A stretch of DNA of 32,000 bases from Methanocaldococcus jannaschii DSM 2661 (GCF_000091665.1 NC_000909.1:1494118-1526117); one strand, 5' to 3'. Shown: positions 10,402-23,347, numbered from the stretch's first letter. The notes: a model not told the origin generated them from the sequence alone. Translations and numbers: made by a program.

Positions 10402-11136
10402 TTAATAAATATCGAACAGCTCTCCCAAGGTTATTCTTTTATCTGTCTTGACTAACTCTGGAATTTTTCCTTTAATTCCTACCTTATCTTTTACAACAAC
10501 AAAAATTCCATCTATTTTTTTTATTTCATCCGCTTTTTCTAATGCATTGTTTATCATCTCTTCTTCATCTCTTCCTCTTGAAGCATTACATATAGCTGTT
10601 GCTGCAGCGTCCGCTATAGCAGAGCTCTTAGCAAAGACAGTAACAGCATCAGCCTCTCCAAAGCTTACTGAATGACCTACAGTTGCTGAAGAAGTGCAAA
10701 CACCATAGATATTTTTAATCTTCTCTTTTTTTAATCTAAATCCAACTTCTCCAGTAATCTTTGAATTTCCAGCATATAGGCCAATAATAACGTCTTTTTT
10801 AGCCCTTAAGCAGATATCTCCACCATTTTCAGCAATGATGTTTTTGGCATTGAGATTTTTAATTAACATCTCAGCTATTGCACCAGCAACACTTGCCATG
10901 GGTCCTACATTGGCAATTTCTCCAGCTATAGCCATTAATCTTACGATTTCTGGGGCATCATCTTCTACATCAACTGGAAAATATGATGTTAAAAAATAGG
11001 GATTTTTTAATATATACCTCTCTAACTCTAATCTATTTTTTAAAATAATCTCCTCCGCCTTTTTAAAATACCCTTTATCATCAACCTTTAAGAGTATATT
11101 TGTCTCTTTTATTATAATCCTTTTTTTGAACCACAT
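10402..11136 (-). CDS. UPF0280 family (ApbE-related fold) conserved protein
   Basis: FKKRIIIKETNILLKVD, NIIAENGGDICLRAK and GVCTSSATVGHSVSFGEADAVTVFAKSSAIADAAATAICN. Confidence 0.8.
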   Translation of the reverse strand: MWFKKRIIIKETNILLKVDDKGYFKKAEEIILKNRLELERYILKNPYFLTSYFPVDVEDDAPEIVRLMAIAGEIANVGPMASVAGAIAEMLIKNLNAKNIIAENGGDICLRAKKDVIIGLYAGNSKITGEVGFRLKKEKIKNIYGVCTSSATVGHSVSFGEADAVTVFAKSSAIADAAATAICNASRGRDEEEMINNALEKADEIKKIDGIFVVVKDKVGIKGKIPELVKTDKRITLGELFDIY

Positions 11137-11155
11137 AATAATCCTTAAAATTATT

Positions 11156-11485
11156 TTATTTCAAAAATTCTCTGTAATATCTCTCTGCTATATCTCCAAA
11201 CACTGGAAATTTATATCTTTCCCCATTGTAGGCTTTAATCATCCCAACAATCCATAGGATAATTATGGCTATGTTTATTAAAGTGGAAGCTACCCATCCA
11301 ATTATTGGAATTGCAGATACAATTATGGCAATTAAATTTAAACTTAAAAAGGTTATAAATGACTGCATAGCGTGAAATCTAATAAAATCATCTTCCCTCT
11401 CTAACAACAAAAATATCAATCCACTAATCCAAAATAACAAATAGCATAAAACTCCCTCCATATTCCTATCCAATCCCAAAGCCAT
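11156..11485 (-). CDS. Small DUF4870/Tic20-like membrane protein
   Basis: REDDFIRFHAMQSFITF and several hydrophobic helices. The likely start is MALGLDRN, internal to the 140-aa track ORF. Confidence 0.7.
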   Translation of the reverse strand: MALGLDRNMEGVLCYLLFWISGLIFLLLEREDDFIRFHAMQSFITFLSLNLIAIIVSAIPIIGWVASTLINIAIIILWIVGMIKAYNGERYKFPVFGDIAERYYREFLK

Positions 11486-11622
11486 CAATCTCACCAAAAA
11501 ATTTAAGAGATAGCTTTTCAAAATATTTTGGAATAAATGATACTTAATGAACACCTTACTTATAAGATAAATGTTCAAAGTTTCCTTAGAATCTTATTAA
11601 GTTTTGAAAAATAAATTATAAC

Positions 11623-12288
<666 letters not shown>

Positions 12289-12301
12289 TCACCGTGAGAG
12301 C

Positions 12302-12805
12302 ATGATTATTCAGATAGAAGAGTATTTTATAGGGATGATATTTAAAGGTAATCAATTGGTTAGAAATACAATCCCTTTAAGAAGGGAAGAGATATTTAAT
12401 TTCATGGATGGGGAGGTTGTTAGCAATCCAGAAGATGAACATTTAAAAGTAGCTGAAATTATATTAAAATTATATTTTGCAGAAATTGATGATAAAAAAG
12501 TGAGGGAATTAATAAGTTATAAATTGGAAGTTCCAGAATTTACAAAAAAGGTTTTAGATATTGTTAAAGACATAGAATTTGGGAAAACCTTAACTTATGG
12601 AGATATTGCTAAAAAACTAAACACTTCACCAAGAGCTGTTGGAATGGCTTTAAAAAGAAATCCCTTACCTTTAATAATTCCATGTCACAGAGTTGTTGCT
12701 AAAAATTCATTGGGAGGGTATTCCTATGGATTAGACAAGAAAAAATTTATCTTAGAGAGAGAAAGATTAAATATGGTGTCTTTCAAATTTAATAAAGTCT
12801 ATTAA
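12302..12805 (+). CDS. ogt: Methylated-DNA-protein cysteine methyltransferase
   Basis: Active-site PCHRVVAKN preceded by LTYGDIAKKLNTSPRAVGMALKRNPLPLII. Confidence 0.95.
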   Translation: MIIQIEEYFIGMIFKGNQLVRNTIPLRREEIFNFMDGEVVSNPEDEHLKVAEIILKLYFAEIDDKKVRELISYKLEVPEFTKKVLDIVKDIEFGKTLTYGDIAKKLNTSPRAVGMALKRNPLPLIIPCHRVVAKNSLGGYSYGLDKKKFILERERLNMVSFKFNKVY

Positions 12806-12983
12806 TGAATTTTGAACGCTTTCATAAAGGGGGTGTTTATTGGTCCTTAGTATTTCAAAATGTTTTAAAAGACTCTATAAAAAGAATTTAAAATAATACT
12901 AAAATTAAAATAGAATTTAATAAATTACACAACATTCATTGATTAAAATTATTCAAAGGCTTTACTAAAGGTTAAGTGAGAAC

Positions 12984-13454
12984 ATGATAATAAGAAAATT
13001 CTCATCTAAAGATTTAGATGCTGTTGAAGAAATTGAGAGAGAGGCATTTAAAACCCCTTATCCAACCAGCTTAATTTTAGGATTTTGGTCAATGTATCCA
13101 AACTGTTTTTATGTGGCAGAGATTGATGGGAGGGTTGTTGGGTATATTTTGGGAAGTATGGATTGGGGGAATGGACACATTATCTCATTGGCTGTAAAAA
13201 AAGAATGTAGAGGGCTTGGAATTGGAACAGCTTTACTAAAAACACTTGAAAACTATTATTTCAATATAGCTAACTGTAACTACATAGTTTTGGAGGTTAG
13301 GGTTTCAAATGTCCTGGCGAGAAGATTTTATTATAGGATGGGTTATAGAGATAGAAAGCTTCTTCCAAAATACTATGAAGATGGGGAAGACGCCATATTG
13401 ATGATAAAAAAGAAACCAAATGCTAAAGGGCCATTAATAATAACGTTGTGGTGA
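12984..13454 (+). CDS. GNAT acetyltransferase, RimI-like
   Basis: IRKFSSKDLDAVEEIEREAF and VKKECRGLGIGTALLKTLE acetyl-CoA-binding motif. Confidence 0.85.
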   Translation: MIIRKFSSKDLDAVEEIEREAFKTPYPTSLILGFWSMYPNCFYVAEIDGRVVGYILGSMDWGNGHIISLAVKKECRGLGIGTALLKTLENYYFNIANCNYIVLEVRVSNVLARRFYYRMGYRDRKLLPKYYEDGEDAILMIKKKPNAKGPLIITLW

Positions 13455-14725
13455 TTCTATTGCAATTTTATAAAGAGGAGAATTTTAAAAAAACAGAGAT
13501 TGGAGAGATTCCAGAGGATTGGGAGGTTAGGGAATTAAAAGACATTTTAGAGGTTATCAGAAATGGACTAACTGCTAAGCAAAATAAAGATAAAATAGGT
13601 TATCCAATAACAAGAATTGAAACGATTTCTGATAGTAAAATAGACATAACAAAATTAGGGTATGTTGAAGATATTAAACAAGAGGATATTGCTAAATATA
13701 GATTAATTATCGGGGATATTTTATTCAGTCATATAAATAGTGAGGAACATATTGGAAAAGTAGCAATTTATGAAGGGAAACCCGAATTTTTACTTCATGG
13801 AATGAATTTACTACTTCTTAGACCTAACAAAAACAAAATTGAGCCTTATTATTTATTATATTTATTGAGGCATTTTAAACAAAAAAATATATTTAAATAT
13901 ATAGCAAAAAGAGCAGTTAATCAATCATCAATAAATCAAACACAACTAAAACATTTAAAAATCCCCCTCCCTCCCTTAGAAGAACAGAAACAAATAGCAA
14001 AAATATTAAGTGACTTTGATAACCTAATAGGAACAATAAATAAGCAGATTGAAGTATTAAATAAGGCAAAAAAGGGGATGATGAAAAAATTATTTACTAA
14101 AGGAGTTTTTGAGCATAAAAGTTTTAAAAAATCTGAAATTGGGGAGATTCCAGAGGATTGGGAGGTTGTTGAGTTAGGAAATGAAAAATATTTCAAAATT
14201 ATAATGGGACAATCACCACCATCATCATCCTATAATAAAGAAGGTGAAGGAGTTCCATTTTTACAAGGAAAAGCAGAATTTGGAAATATTTATCCTAATC
14301 CAGTATTATACACAAATAAACCTTTAAAAGTCGTTGATGATGAAGATATTTTAATTTCAGTTAGGGCTCCAGTTGGAGATGTAAATATAGCACCGTTTAA
14401 ACTTTGTATCGGTAGAGGATTAGCAGGAATAAAATCAAATAAAGAAAAAGTAGATAATTTCTTTGTATTTTATTATTTGAGTTATATAAAGCCAAAAATA
14501 GAATATTTAGGAGGAGGTGCAGTATTCAAAGCAATAACTAAAAAAGATTTAGAAAGTATAAAAATCCCCCTCCCACCATTAGAAGAACAAAAAGCAATAG
14601 CTAAAAGATTAAAAGCCATTGATGATTTAATAGAAATAAAAAGAAAAGAAAAAGAACAAATAGAAAAAGCAAAAAAGAAAATAATGAATCTACTACTAAC
14701 TGGAAAAATAAGAGTAAAAACCTAA
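13448..14725 (+). CDS. Orphan type I restriction-modification specificity (S) subunit
   Basis: Two target-recognition domains, each introduced by EIGEIPEDWEV and followed by IPLPPLEEQK and coiled-coil segments. Confidence 0.95.
   Translation: MVILLQFYKEENFKKTEIGEIPEDWEVRELKDILEVIRNGLTAKQNKDKIGYPITRIETISDSKIDITKLGYVEDIKQEDIAKYRLIIGDILFSHINSEEHIGKVAIYEGKPEFLLHGMNLLLLRPNKNKIEPYYLLYLLRHFKQKNIFKYIAKRAVNQSSINQTQLKHLKIPLPPLEEQKQIAKILSDFDNLIGTINKQIEVLNKAKKGMMKKLFTKGVFEHKSFKKSEIGEIPEDWEVVELGNEKYFKIIMGQSPPSSSYNKEGEGVPFLQGKAEFGNIYPNPVLYTNKPLKVVDDEDILISVRAPVGDVNIAPFKLCIGRGLAGIKSNKEKVDNFFVFYYLSYIKPKIEYLGGGAVFKAITKKDLESIKIPLPPLEEQKAIAKRLKAIDDLIEIKRKEKEQIEKAKKKIMNLLLTGKIRVKT
13500..13528 (+). repeat. Intragenic direct repeat, copy 1
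   Basis: ttggagagattccagaggattgggaggtt; 28/29 identical to 14139-14167. Confidence 0.9.
14139..14167 (+). repeat. Intragenic direct repeat, copy 2
   Basis: ttggggagattccagaggattgggaggtt; 28/29 identical to 13500-13528. Confidence 0.9.
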
Positions 14726-14759
14726 ACAATATCATTACTTATTCATATAGGTGATTTAA

Positions 14760-15473
14760 ATGATAATAATCCCTGCAGTTGATTTAAAAGATAAAAAGTG
14801 CGTTCAGCTAATTCAAGGAGACCCAAATAAAAAGCATTTGGAACTAAACAATCCAGTAGAAGTTGCTAAAAAATTTGTAGATGAAGGGGCTGAGTATCTA
14901 CATATAATCGATTTAGATGCCGCATTTGGAACAGGAAATAATAGAGACGTTATTAAGAACATTATAAAAGAGGTTAATGTTCCAGTTGAGGTTGGAGGAG
15001 GAATTAGAAATTTAGAGATAGCAAAGGAATTAATTAGCTTGGGAGTTGATAGAGTTATAGTGGGAACTAAGGCAATTTTAGAACCAAAATTCATAGATGA
15101 TTTAAATAAAGAGATTGGAAAAGATAAGATAGTTTTAGCTGTAGAATGTAAAGAGGGAAAGGTTGTTATTAAAGGATGGAAGGAAAAAGTAGATAAAACT
15201 CCAATAGAAGTTATTAAGGAATTTGAAGATAAGGTTGGCTATATATTATTTACAAATGTAGATGTTGAGGGCTTATTAAAAGGAATAAATGTTGATATAA
15301 TTAAAGAGTTAATTGAAAAGACTGATATTCCTATCATCTACTCTGGTGGAATTACAACCTTAGAAGACATAAAAGCTTTAAAAGAACTTGGTATTTATGG
15401 AGTTGTTATTGGTTCAGCACTATATAAAGGTTTAATTGATTTAAAAAAGGCGTTAGAGATAGTTAAAAATTAA
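14760..15473 (+). CDS. hisA: Phosphoribosylformimino-5-aminoimidazole carboxamide ribotide isomerase
   Basis: IIPAVDLKDKKCVQLIQGD, EYLHIIDLDAAFG, VEVGGGIRN and PIIYSGGITTLED. Confidence 0.97.
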   Translation: MIIIPAVDLKDKKCVQLIQGDPNKKHLELNNPVEVAKKFVDEGAEYLHIIDLDAAFGTGNNRDVIKNIIKEVNVPVEVGGGIRNLEIAKELISLGVDRVIVGTKAILEPKFIDDLNKEIGKDKIVLAVECKEGKVVIKGWKEKVDKTPIEVIKEFEDKVGYILFTNVDVEGLLKGINVDIIKELIEKTDIPIIYSGGITTLEDIKALKELGIYGVVIGSALYKGLIDLKKALEIVKN

Positions 15474-15484
15474 GATAGGATTTT

Positions 15485-17413
15485 TTATTGCAAATCAACA
15501 TATATGTCTCTTCCTTCATCAATTGCTTCTAAAATCTCTTTTCCTACCTTTGTTTTTTTGTTTATCCTCACTGTCCCGTCATTTCTAACAGTTACTGTTG
15601 TTAATAACTTCCCATCTATGTATATCCTTATGTTTTCTCCTGCAAAGTCCTCTCCAACATCCACGACCACATATTTATCTGTCTCATAAATTCTTGTTGA
15701 TTCAAGCTCATTTACATATTCATACTTTCTATATATCCTTTCCATGTCTTTTTCTTCTTCTTTCTCCTTTTCTTTAACTGAAATTTTTAATCCAAGCATA
15801 TCTTCCAATTTTGATATCTCTTTTCCACCCTTTCCTATAATAGCTCCTATATACTTCTCTGGAACAATTAAATCAATTGAGTTGTCTCCAGTAACCTTTA
15901 CCATAGGCTTAGCTTTCCTTGGTAGAAGTTTTTTCAATATCTCCTCCAACTTCTCTTCAGCATATCCATATATTGGGGCTTTTTTTCCACCTTCTTCTTT
16001 AATTGGCATAACCACAACTTGTTCTCCATAGGTGTAGATTTCATACTCAACTCTTCCAGTCTCAAAGTCCTTAACTTCAATAACAGGCCTTGCTAAATCT
16101 TCTTCAACCATTCCATAAGGCACTTTAACTGTGAAGTCAATCTCATAAACCTTCTGTATCTTTCCATCTTTTATAAAGATTACAGTATCTACAACTTGTG
16201 GAATAACTCCAAGCTCAACCCTTCCAATCAACCTTTGGATAGCATCTATTGGTTTTGAAGCATGAACAACCCCAACCATTCCAACTCCAGCCATTCTCAT
16301 GTCTGCAAATATCTCAAAGTCTCTTGTCTTTCTAACTTCGTCATAGATTGTGTAATCAGGTCTAACCAATAATAGGATATCACATGTCTTCTCCATATCT
16401 CCCTCTAATGGTGCATATTGAGTTATCTCCTTGCTAACTTGCAAATCTCTTGGACTTTCCATTGTCTTAACTATTTTTCCTTGGCTTCTATAGAACTCTG
16501 CCAAAGCCGCTACAAACGTTGATTTTCCACTTCCTGGAGGACCAGAAACAAAGATACCCTCTGCCCTCTCCTTTAATCTCTCCATCAACTTATCTGACAA
16601 TTCATAATCCTCTAATGAAGCTTTAACTACTGGTCTAACTGCTGTAACCTCTAAAGCCTCAGAAAATGGCGGTCTTGCAATTGAAATTCTAATATTTCCT
16701 AATTGGATAACTGTAGCTCCTTTTCTTTGAATTTCAAAGAATCCATTATTCTGTTCTGCATACTTTATAATATTATCAATTATATCTTCCATCTCTTCTT
16801 TAGTCAGTTCTTTATCCCCTATTGGAACAAGCTTAACTTCTCCAGGCTTACCTTTTTTAGCATAAGGCAAACATCCCTCTTTTAAATGCACAGACATTGT
16901 TTCTTCATCGAAGTATTTATCCAATACAAGTTCAACTTCCTCTTCTGCAGCCTCTAAGAAGTATGCTTCAATACCTTGTGCCTTAGCTAAGTTGTATTGA
17001 ATCCAATCACTTGTTAATAATATAGAGTTTGTTTCTTTAGCTACTTTTCTAATCATTGCATCAATTTCTCCACTTTTTGCTAAAAATATCTCCTCTCTTG
17101 TAGGTCTTTCTCCATAGTATTCAACTTTAATGTTATGCTCACTTGCTTTTTCTATTAGTTTTCTAAGCTCTTCTATCCCTTTATATCCTATCTCTCTACC
17201 CATGTTTGCCTGATACTCTAATTCAGAAACCACAGCTTCAGGAATTATTATTGTAGCATCTTTAAGCTTACCTCTCTCAATTAGCTCTGTTATTCTACCA
17301 TCTATAACGACACAGGTATCGACACAAACTTTTTTTCCAATTAAATCTAATTCATCAATAGATTTTGTTTCTAACTTTTTCCTCTCTTCAAGATTCATAA
17401 ATGTCACCTTCAA
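15485..17413 (-). CDS. PIN domain-P-loop ATPase-KH domain protein
   Basis: PIN: VCVDTCVVIDGRI..DSTILTSDWIQ-like region. ATPase: FVSGPPGSGKSTFVAALAE. KH: YIGAIIGKGGKEISKLEDMLGLKI. Confidence 0.92.
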   Translation of the reverse strand: MKVTFMNLEERKKLETKSIDELDLIGKKVCVDTCVVIDGRITELIERGKLKDATIIIPEAVVSELEYQANMGREIGYKGIEELRKLIEKASEHNIKVEYYGERPTREEIFLAKSGEIDAMIRKVAKETNSILLTSDWIQYNLAKAQGIEAYFLEAAEEEVELVLDKYFDEETMSVHLKEGCLPYAKKGKPGEVKLVPIGDKELTKEEMEDIIDNIIKYAEQNNGFFEIQRKGATVIQLGNIRISIARPPFSEALEVTAVRPVVKASLEDYELSDKLMERLKERAEGIFVSGPPGSGKSTFVAALAEFYRSQGKIVKTMESPRDLQVSKEITQYAPLEGDMEKTCDILLLVRPDYTIYDEVRKTRDFEIFADMRMAGVGMVGVVHASKPIDAIQRLIGRVELGVIPQVVDTVIFIKDGKIQKVYEIDFTVKVPYGMVEEDLARPVIEVKDFETGRVEYEIYTYGEQVVVMPIKEEGGKKAPIYGYAEEKLEEILKKLLPRKAKPMVKVTGDNSIDLIVPEKYIGAIIGKGGKEISKLEDMLGLKISVKEKEKEEEKDMERIYRKYEYVNELESTRIYETDKYVVVDVGEDFAGENIRIYIDGKLLTTVTVRNDGTVRINKKTKVGKEILEAIDEGRDIYVDLQ

Positions 17414-17655
17414 ATTAAACTTATAATATGTTTAGAATTTAAGATAATGATTTGAAGAATTACAATATTTGTGATAAACTTCCTAATTATTATTTATATT
17501 ATTTAAATGATTTGGCATTTAAACGTTTTTTCTTGAAATTAAATATTTTTTTAGATAAATTAATACCCCCATCAAAAATCTTTACTCCTATAAATATTTT
17601 TCGATTTGCGGTAAATAGAAAACTTAATTACTACCATAAATTGATAATATAATAA

Positions 17656-18684
<1,029 letters not shown>

Positions 18685-18691
18685 ATTAACT

Positions 18692-18740
18692 TAACTTTTC
18701 TTTTTTTATTTTAATTTTTTATATTTTTTGTTTTATTTGG
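18692..18740 (+). terminator. Probable oligo-T archaeal terminator region after mer
   Basis: Multiple T-runs (cttttctttttttattttaattttttatattttttg) immediately after the mer stop. Confidence 0.5.
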
Positions 18741-18747
18741 TGATAGT

Positions 18748-19647
18748 ATGAAAAGGCTGTTCTTTATTTTTGTTATGCTTATTGTATTGCTGTGTGGATG
18801 CACAAGCAATAAAACAACAAATGTAAATAATGAAATAAATATAAATAAGATTGAAACGAACAAAACCTTAGAAAATGAAAGTTTAATTCAAAAAACTGAA
18901 AAAAATCAATTAGCTAAAATAAAAGAAATAAAATATATGTATATTGTCAAAGAAGGAAACAAAACAAAAATTCAGTTTGCTTTAGCTTATGAGAACGGTA
19001 GTTTAGCAAGGGTAAGTAATGGAAAGGTTGTATTGAAGATATTTGACGATAGTGGATTATTGTTTAATAAAACATACTACATTAATGAACTTCCCTTAAA
19101 AGCTGGATATTACTATGAGATTGAATTGCCAAAAATTAAAGGCTTTTATAAAAATGCAAAATTTGTATTGACATTTAAAAATGATAATGTGAATTTATCA
19201 AAAACAACCTATGGAACAATTGAAAGATATTCTGAAGAAGAAATGAAAGAAATATTTGAAAAAGAATATCATGAAAACTCAATAAAAACTAATATAGAAG
19301 AATTTAGGGATGTTGTGGGGATAAAATTCACTGTAAAAGAATATGGATATTATAAAATTTATAACAATCAAACTGACAGAATTGAAAAAGTATTTAGAGT
19401 TGATTTTGTAGCTAAAAACTTAAATCCTGACACATATGAATTTGCTCCTATAGGAGTGTGTTTAATTTCTGGAGATAAAAAATATTGGAAAATTGGAGGA
19501 CTTGATGAAATAGAAATTGGAATTAATCAAGAGATTGCGGGATATTGGATATTCAACAAACCAGATAGTATAGAAAATCTAAGATTAGATTTTAAAATGG
19601 GAAATATCGTTTATGACATCCCATTAACACAAAATAATTTAAAATAA
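18748..19647 (+). CDS. Secreted/lipid-anchored protein of unknown function
   Basis: N-terminal signal peptide with lipobox-like cysteine, MKRLFFIFVMLIVLLCGCTSNK, followed by an N/K-rich linker. Confidence 0.75.
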   Translation: MKRLFFIFVMLIVLLCGCTSNKTTNVNNEININKIETNKTLENESLIQKTEKNQLAKIKEIKYMYIVKEGNKTKIQFALAYENGSLARVSNGKVVLKIFDDSGLLFNKTYYINELPLKAGYYYEIELPKIKGFYKNAKFVLTFKNDNVNLSKTTYGTIERYSEEEMKEIFEKEYHENSIKTNIEEFRDVVGIKFTVKEYGYYKIYNNQTDRIEKVFRVDFVAKNLNPDTYEFAPIGVCLISGDKKYWKIGGLDEIEIGINQEIAGYWIFNKPDSIENLRLDFKMGNIVYDIPLTQNNLK

Positions 19648-19678
19648 TTTAGTAATTCTTCTAAAAATATTTTAATTT

Positions 19679-20584
19679 TTATAATTTTTGCAAGTATTTA
19701 ATAATATTTGCCATAGCCACACACCCATCTCCTACAGCTTTAGCTACTTGCATAACCCCTCCCCTAACATCCCCTACAGCATAAATTCCATCTATATTTG
19801 TTCTACAGTTTTCATCTGTTTTGATAAATCCCTTTTTATCTAACTCTATACCACTATCCTTTAAAAATTCAGTGTTTGGAACATGTCCCAAGCTTATAAA
19901 TATCCCATCTGCTTTTATTATCTCTTCCTTTCCATTAACTGATATTTTAACTCCTTCAGCTCTTTCTTCTCCAACAATTTCCAATGGTTTGGCATTGTAT
20001 ATTATTTCAACATTGTTGGCTTCTTTAAGCTTATCTAACATTATTGACTCAGCAGCCTTTAACTCTGACTTATCAGTAATTACAATAACTTTTTTAGCAA
20101 TGTCTTTTAAATTTATAGCACTCATGATTGCTGGTGTATCCCTCCCAATCACTATAACCTCTTTATTCAAATAGAAGAAGGCATCACACATTGTACAGTA
20201 ACTAATTCCTCTTCCGATAAATTTATCTTCGTTTAAACCTAATTTTTTAGGTTTTGTCCCAGTTGCTATAACTATAGTTTTAGTTAAATACTCAGAATTT
20301 TTTGTTATAACTTTAAATGGTCTCTCTTTAGTTTCTATTTTAATGACTTCATCGTAGATTATAGGTAATTTAAACTTTTCAGCATGATTCTTAAATTTTT
20401 CAGCTAATTCATATCCTCTAATCTCTTCAAATCCAGGGTAGTTTTCTACAATACCAGCTTCAGCTATCCTACCTCCAGCATTTTCTTTTTCTATACATAG
20501 AGCATTTAACTTTCCCCTCATTGCATATATGCCAGCTGTTAATCCTCCAGGTCCAGCACCAATAATTATTGTGTCGTGAATCAT
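19679..20584 (-). CDS. trxB: Thioredoxin reductase family flavoprotein; resembles the M. jannaschii F420-dependent enzyme (DFTR)
   Basis: [18 protein letters not shown], redox CTMC in [26 protein letters not shown] and [11 protein letters not shown]. Confidence 0.92.
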
Positions 20585-20588
20585 TTTT

Positions 20589-21620
20589 TCACCCCATTTT
20601 TAATATTTTAATTTTATTTATAAAGATTTCTAAACACTCTTCGCAATTTTTGTTGCAACATATCGGAGAATTTAGGAATAAAAGGTTGTGATACAATGAG
20701 CATCCCCACTTTGTTCTTGTTCTATAGGTTAGTTTTTTTATTTCCTTCTCTATATCATTGTTTAAGTAAAATATCTCGTTCTCATTTCCTTCATTCATAA
20801 TTGGTTTTAAGTTTAAAGTTGGAGGACTTCTAACAACAATTCCACTAACTTCTGAAATTTTGTTAGCTAATAACATCCCCTCAATACTTGAAACTGGCTC
20901 AACTATTGTAGAGTCATCTTTATTTATTGCTTCTGGAAGGAATGAAACTTTAATCCTCAACCAAGTTGATTCTTCAGGATTGTTTTTTATTATTTCTTTT
21001 CCTTTCTTTGAAATATTTGCATTTTCTAAGTAATATTTATAATGCTCATTACAAAGTTCTCTCAACCTTCTATCAAATGATTTTTTATGCGTTAGATAAT
21101 ATTTTGCCTTAACTTTCTTTTTGTAGTATTTTTTAAAGTTCTTTGCACTGAGTTTAGTTAATTTTAATGCCTCTTCAAAAGGTATGTTTGTCTTATATTC
21201 AACAAGTTTTGCATATTCGTAAGTTTCAATTATTATGTGGTTTTTATATCCCTTATTTGTCTCAATAGCCACTGATACATAATCTTCAAATGTTGGATGT
21301 CTTAAAAACATCTTCTTAACTTCTTCAAAATCTATATTAGGGTTGAGCTTTCTAATTTCCTTTGGTGTTAATAGGCAAGGTCCTGTTGTGATATTTTTTG
21401 AAATAAAATCTCCAACCATTCCCACAAATCTATAATAAGGCAAGGAAGTGAAGTCATAAGAAATTATTTTATTGAGCTTATACTTCTCAATAATCCTATT
21501 CCAAAATTGAGGGTAAGTGTGGTTATAATACTCCTCTCCAATATTGCAATTACAGTTGTGATAATTACATAATTTTAAATTCATTGATAAGCTCATAGCA
21601 TCACCTTGATTGTGCCACAT
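20589..21620 (-). CDS. Conserved uncharacterised Cys-rich protein
   Basis: Long ORF with cysteine clusters [14 protein letters not shown] and [29 protein letters not shown]. An alternative start is possible at the downstream MSLSMN. Confidence 0.8.
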
Positions 21621-21663
21621 CTATACACTATTATTGACCTCCTCATATTTATATTTTACCCTA

Positions 21664-22527
<864 letters not shown>

Positions 22528-22605
22528 ACAGATGGATACCTTTAAATATCTCCAAAGATATAAGATATAAACGCAGAATACTACAACAAAATTGTGGGGA
22601 TAGAT

Positions 22606-22923
22606 ATGTCAGAAGAAAAAGAAGTTAAAGAAATAAAAGTTGAGATTCCTAAAGAAATTGCTGATAAAATAGAGAAGATAACAAGTTTTTTAAATAGTTT
22701 AAAAGATAAAAAAGAAATGGTGTCAAAAGAAAAAATAGAAGAAATGTTAAAACTTATCGATGAGGTTAAAGATAAATTACCTAAATTAAATGTAGATATT
22801 GAAAAATTAGCAAAAATCTTAGAAGGTAGTGGAAGCGAGGTTAAAATTGTATTTAACAAATTGACCATTGATGGAGAAGTAGGCTTAAAAATTATCCCAT
22901 TAAAGAAAGAGAAAAAGGAATAA
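22606..22923 (+). CDS. Small charged coiled-coil hypothetical protein
   Basis: Full-length ORF with typical K/E-rich composition. Start MSEEKE at 22606 is preferred over GTG 22594. Confidence 0.7.
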   Translation: MSEEKEVKEIKVEIPKEIADKIEKITSFLNSLKDKKEMVSKEKIEEMLKLIDEVKDKLPKLNVDIEKLAKILEGSGSEVKIVFNKLTIDGEVGLKIIPLKKEKKE

Positions 22924-22936
22924 AATAAGTGGGACT

Positions 22937-23347
22937 TTGCTTAAAGAACTCAACTATTTATTTTTGTTTCAGAGATTGATAAAAAATGGTAGTTTAGAAA
23001 TAGCATTAACGAATATTTTTTCTTTAGGGATTAGTAGAGATTATATCACAATTAATATTGAGAATATAAAAACATTAAAAGAAATTATGGAAGCTGTTTC
23101 TTCAAAATCAGCGAATAAGAAGTTAAAAAGTTTCTTAGAAAAAATTGAGGATTTAAAGATTTTTTTATCAGAGGCTTCAAAAATAGCTGAAATTTTAGTT
23201 AATAATAGGAAAACTTTTATTTTGAAATATAAAGGTAAGGAGGTTTTAATTGTTGGTTATGATGCAAGAGGAGGAATATTTCTAAAAAATATAAAAATTA
23301 CTGACAAATTAGCTTTGATAAAAATGTTAAATGAATTCAAAAATTAG
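22937..23347 (+). CDS. Hypothetical protein
   Basis: ORF abutting the preceding gene on the same strand; no recognised motif. Confidence 0.6.
   Translation: MLKELNYLFLFQRLIKNGSLEIALTNIFSLGISRDYITINIENIKTLKEIMEAVSSKSANKKLKSFLEKIEDLKIFLSEASKIAEILVNNRKTFILKYKGKEVLIVGYDARGGIFLKNIKITDKLALIKMLNEFKN

Noticed and set aside
12806-12983. Similar gctttcataaagg and gctttactaaagg segments in the ogt-rimI gap
   Set aside because: Short, imperfect and embedded in AT-rich DNA; not distinguishable from chance by eye.
15504-16885. Plus-strand ORFs inside the PIN-ATPase-KH gene
   Set aside because: Contained in a long gene with clear domain motifs on the minus strand; the antisense frames have no motif.
17452-17652. 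66-aa plus-strand ORF before mer
   Set aside because: Low-complexity composition from AT-rich intergenic DNA, with no motif. It occupies the region expected to hold the mer promoter.
22581-22868. Minus-strand 95-aa ORF overlapping the small coiled-coil gene
   Set aside because: Serine/leucine-rich shadow translation. The plus-strand frame has typical K/E-rich composition and a plausible start.
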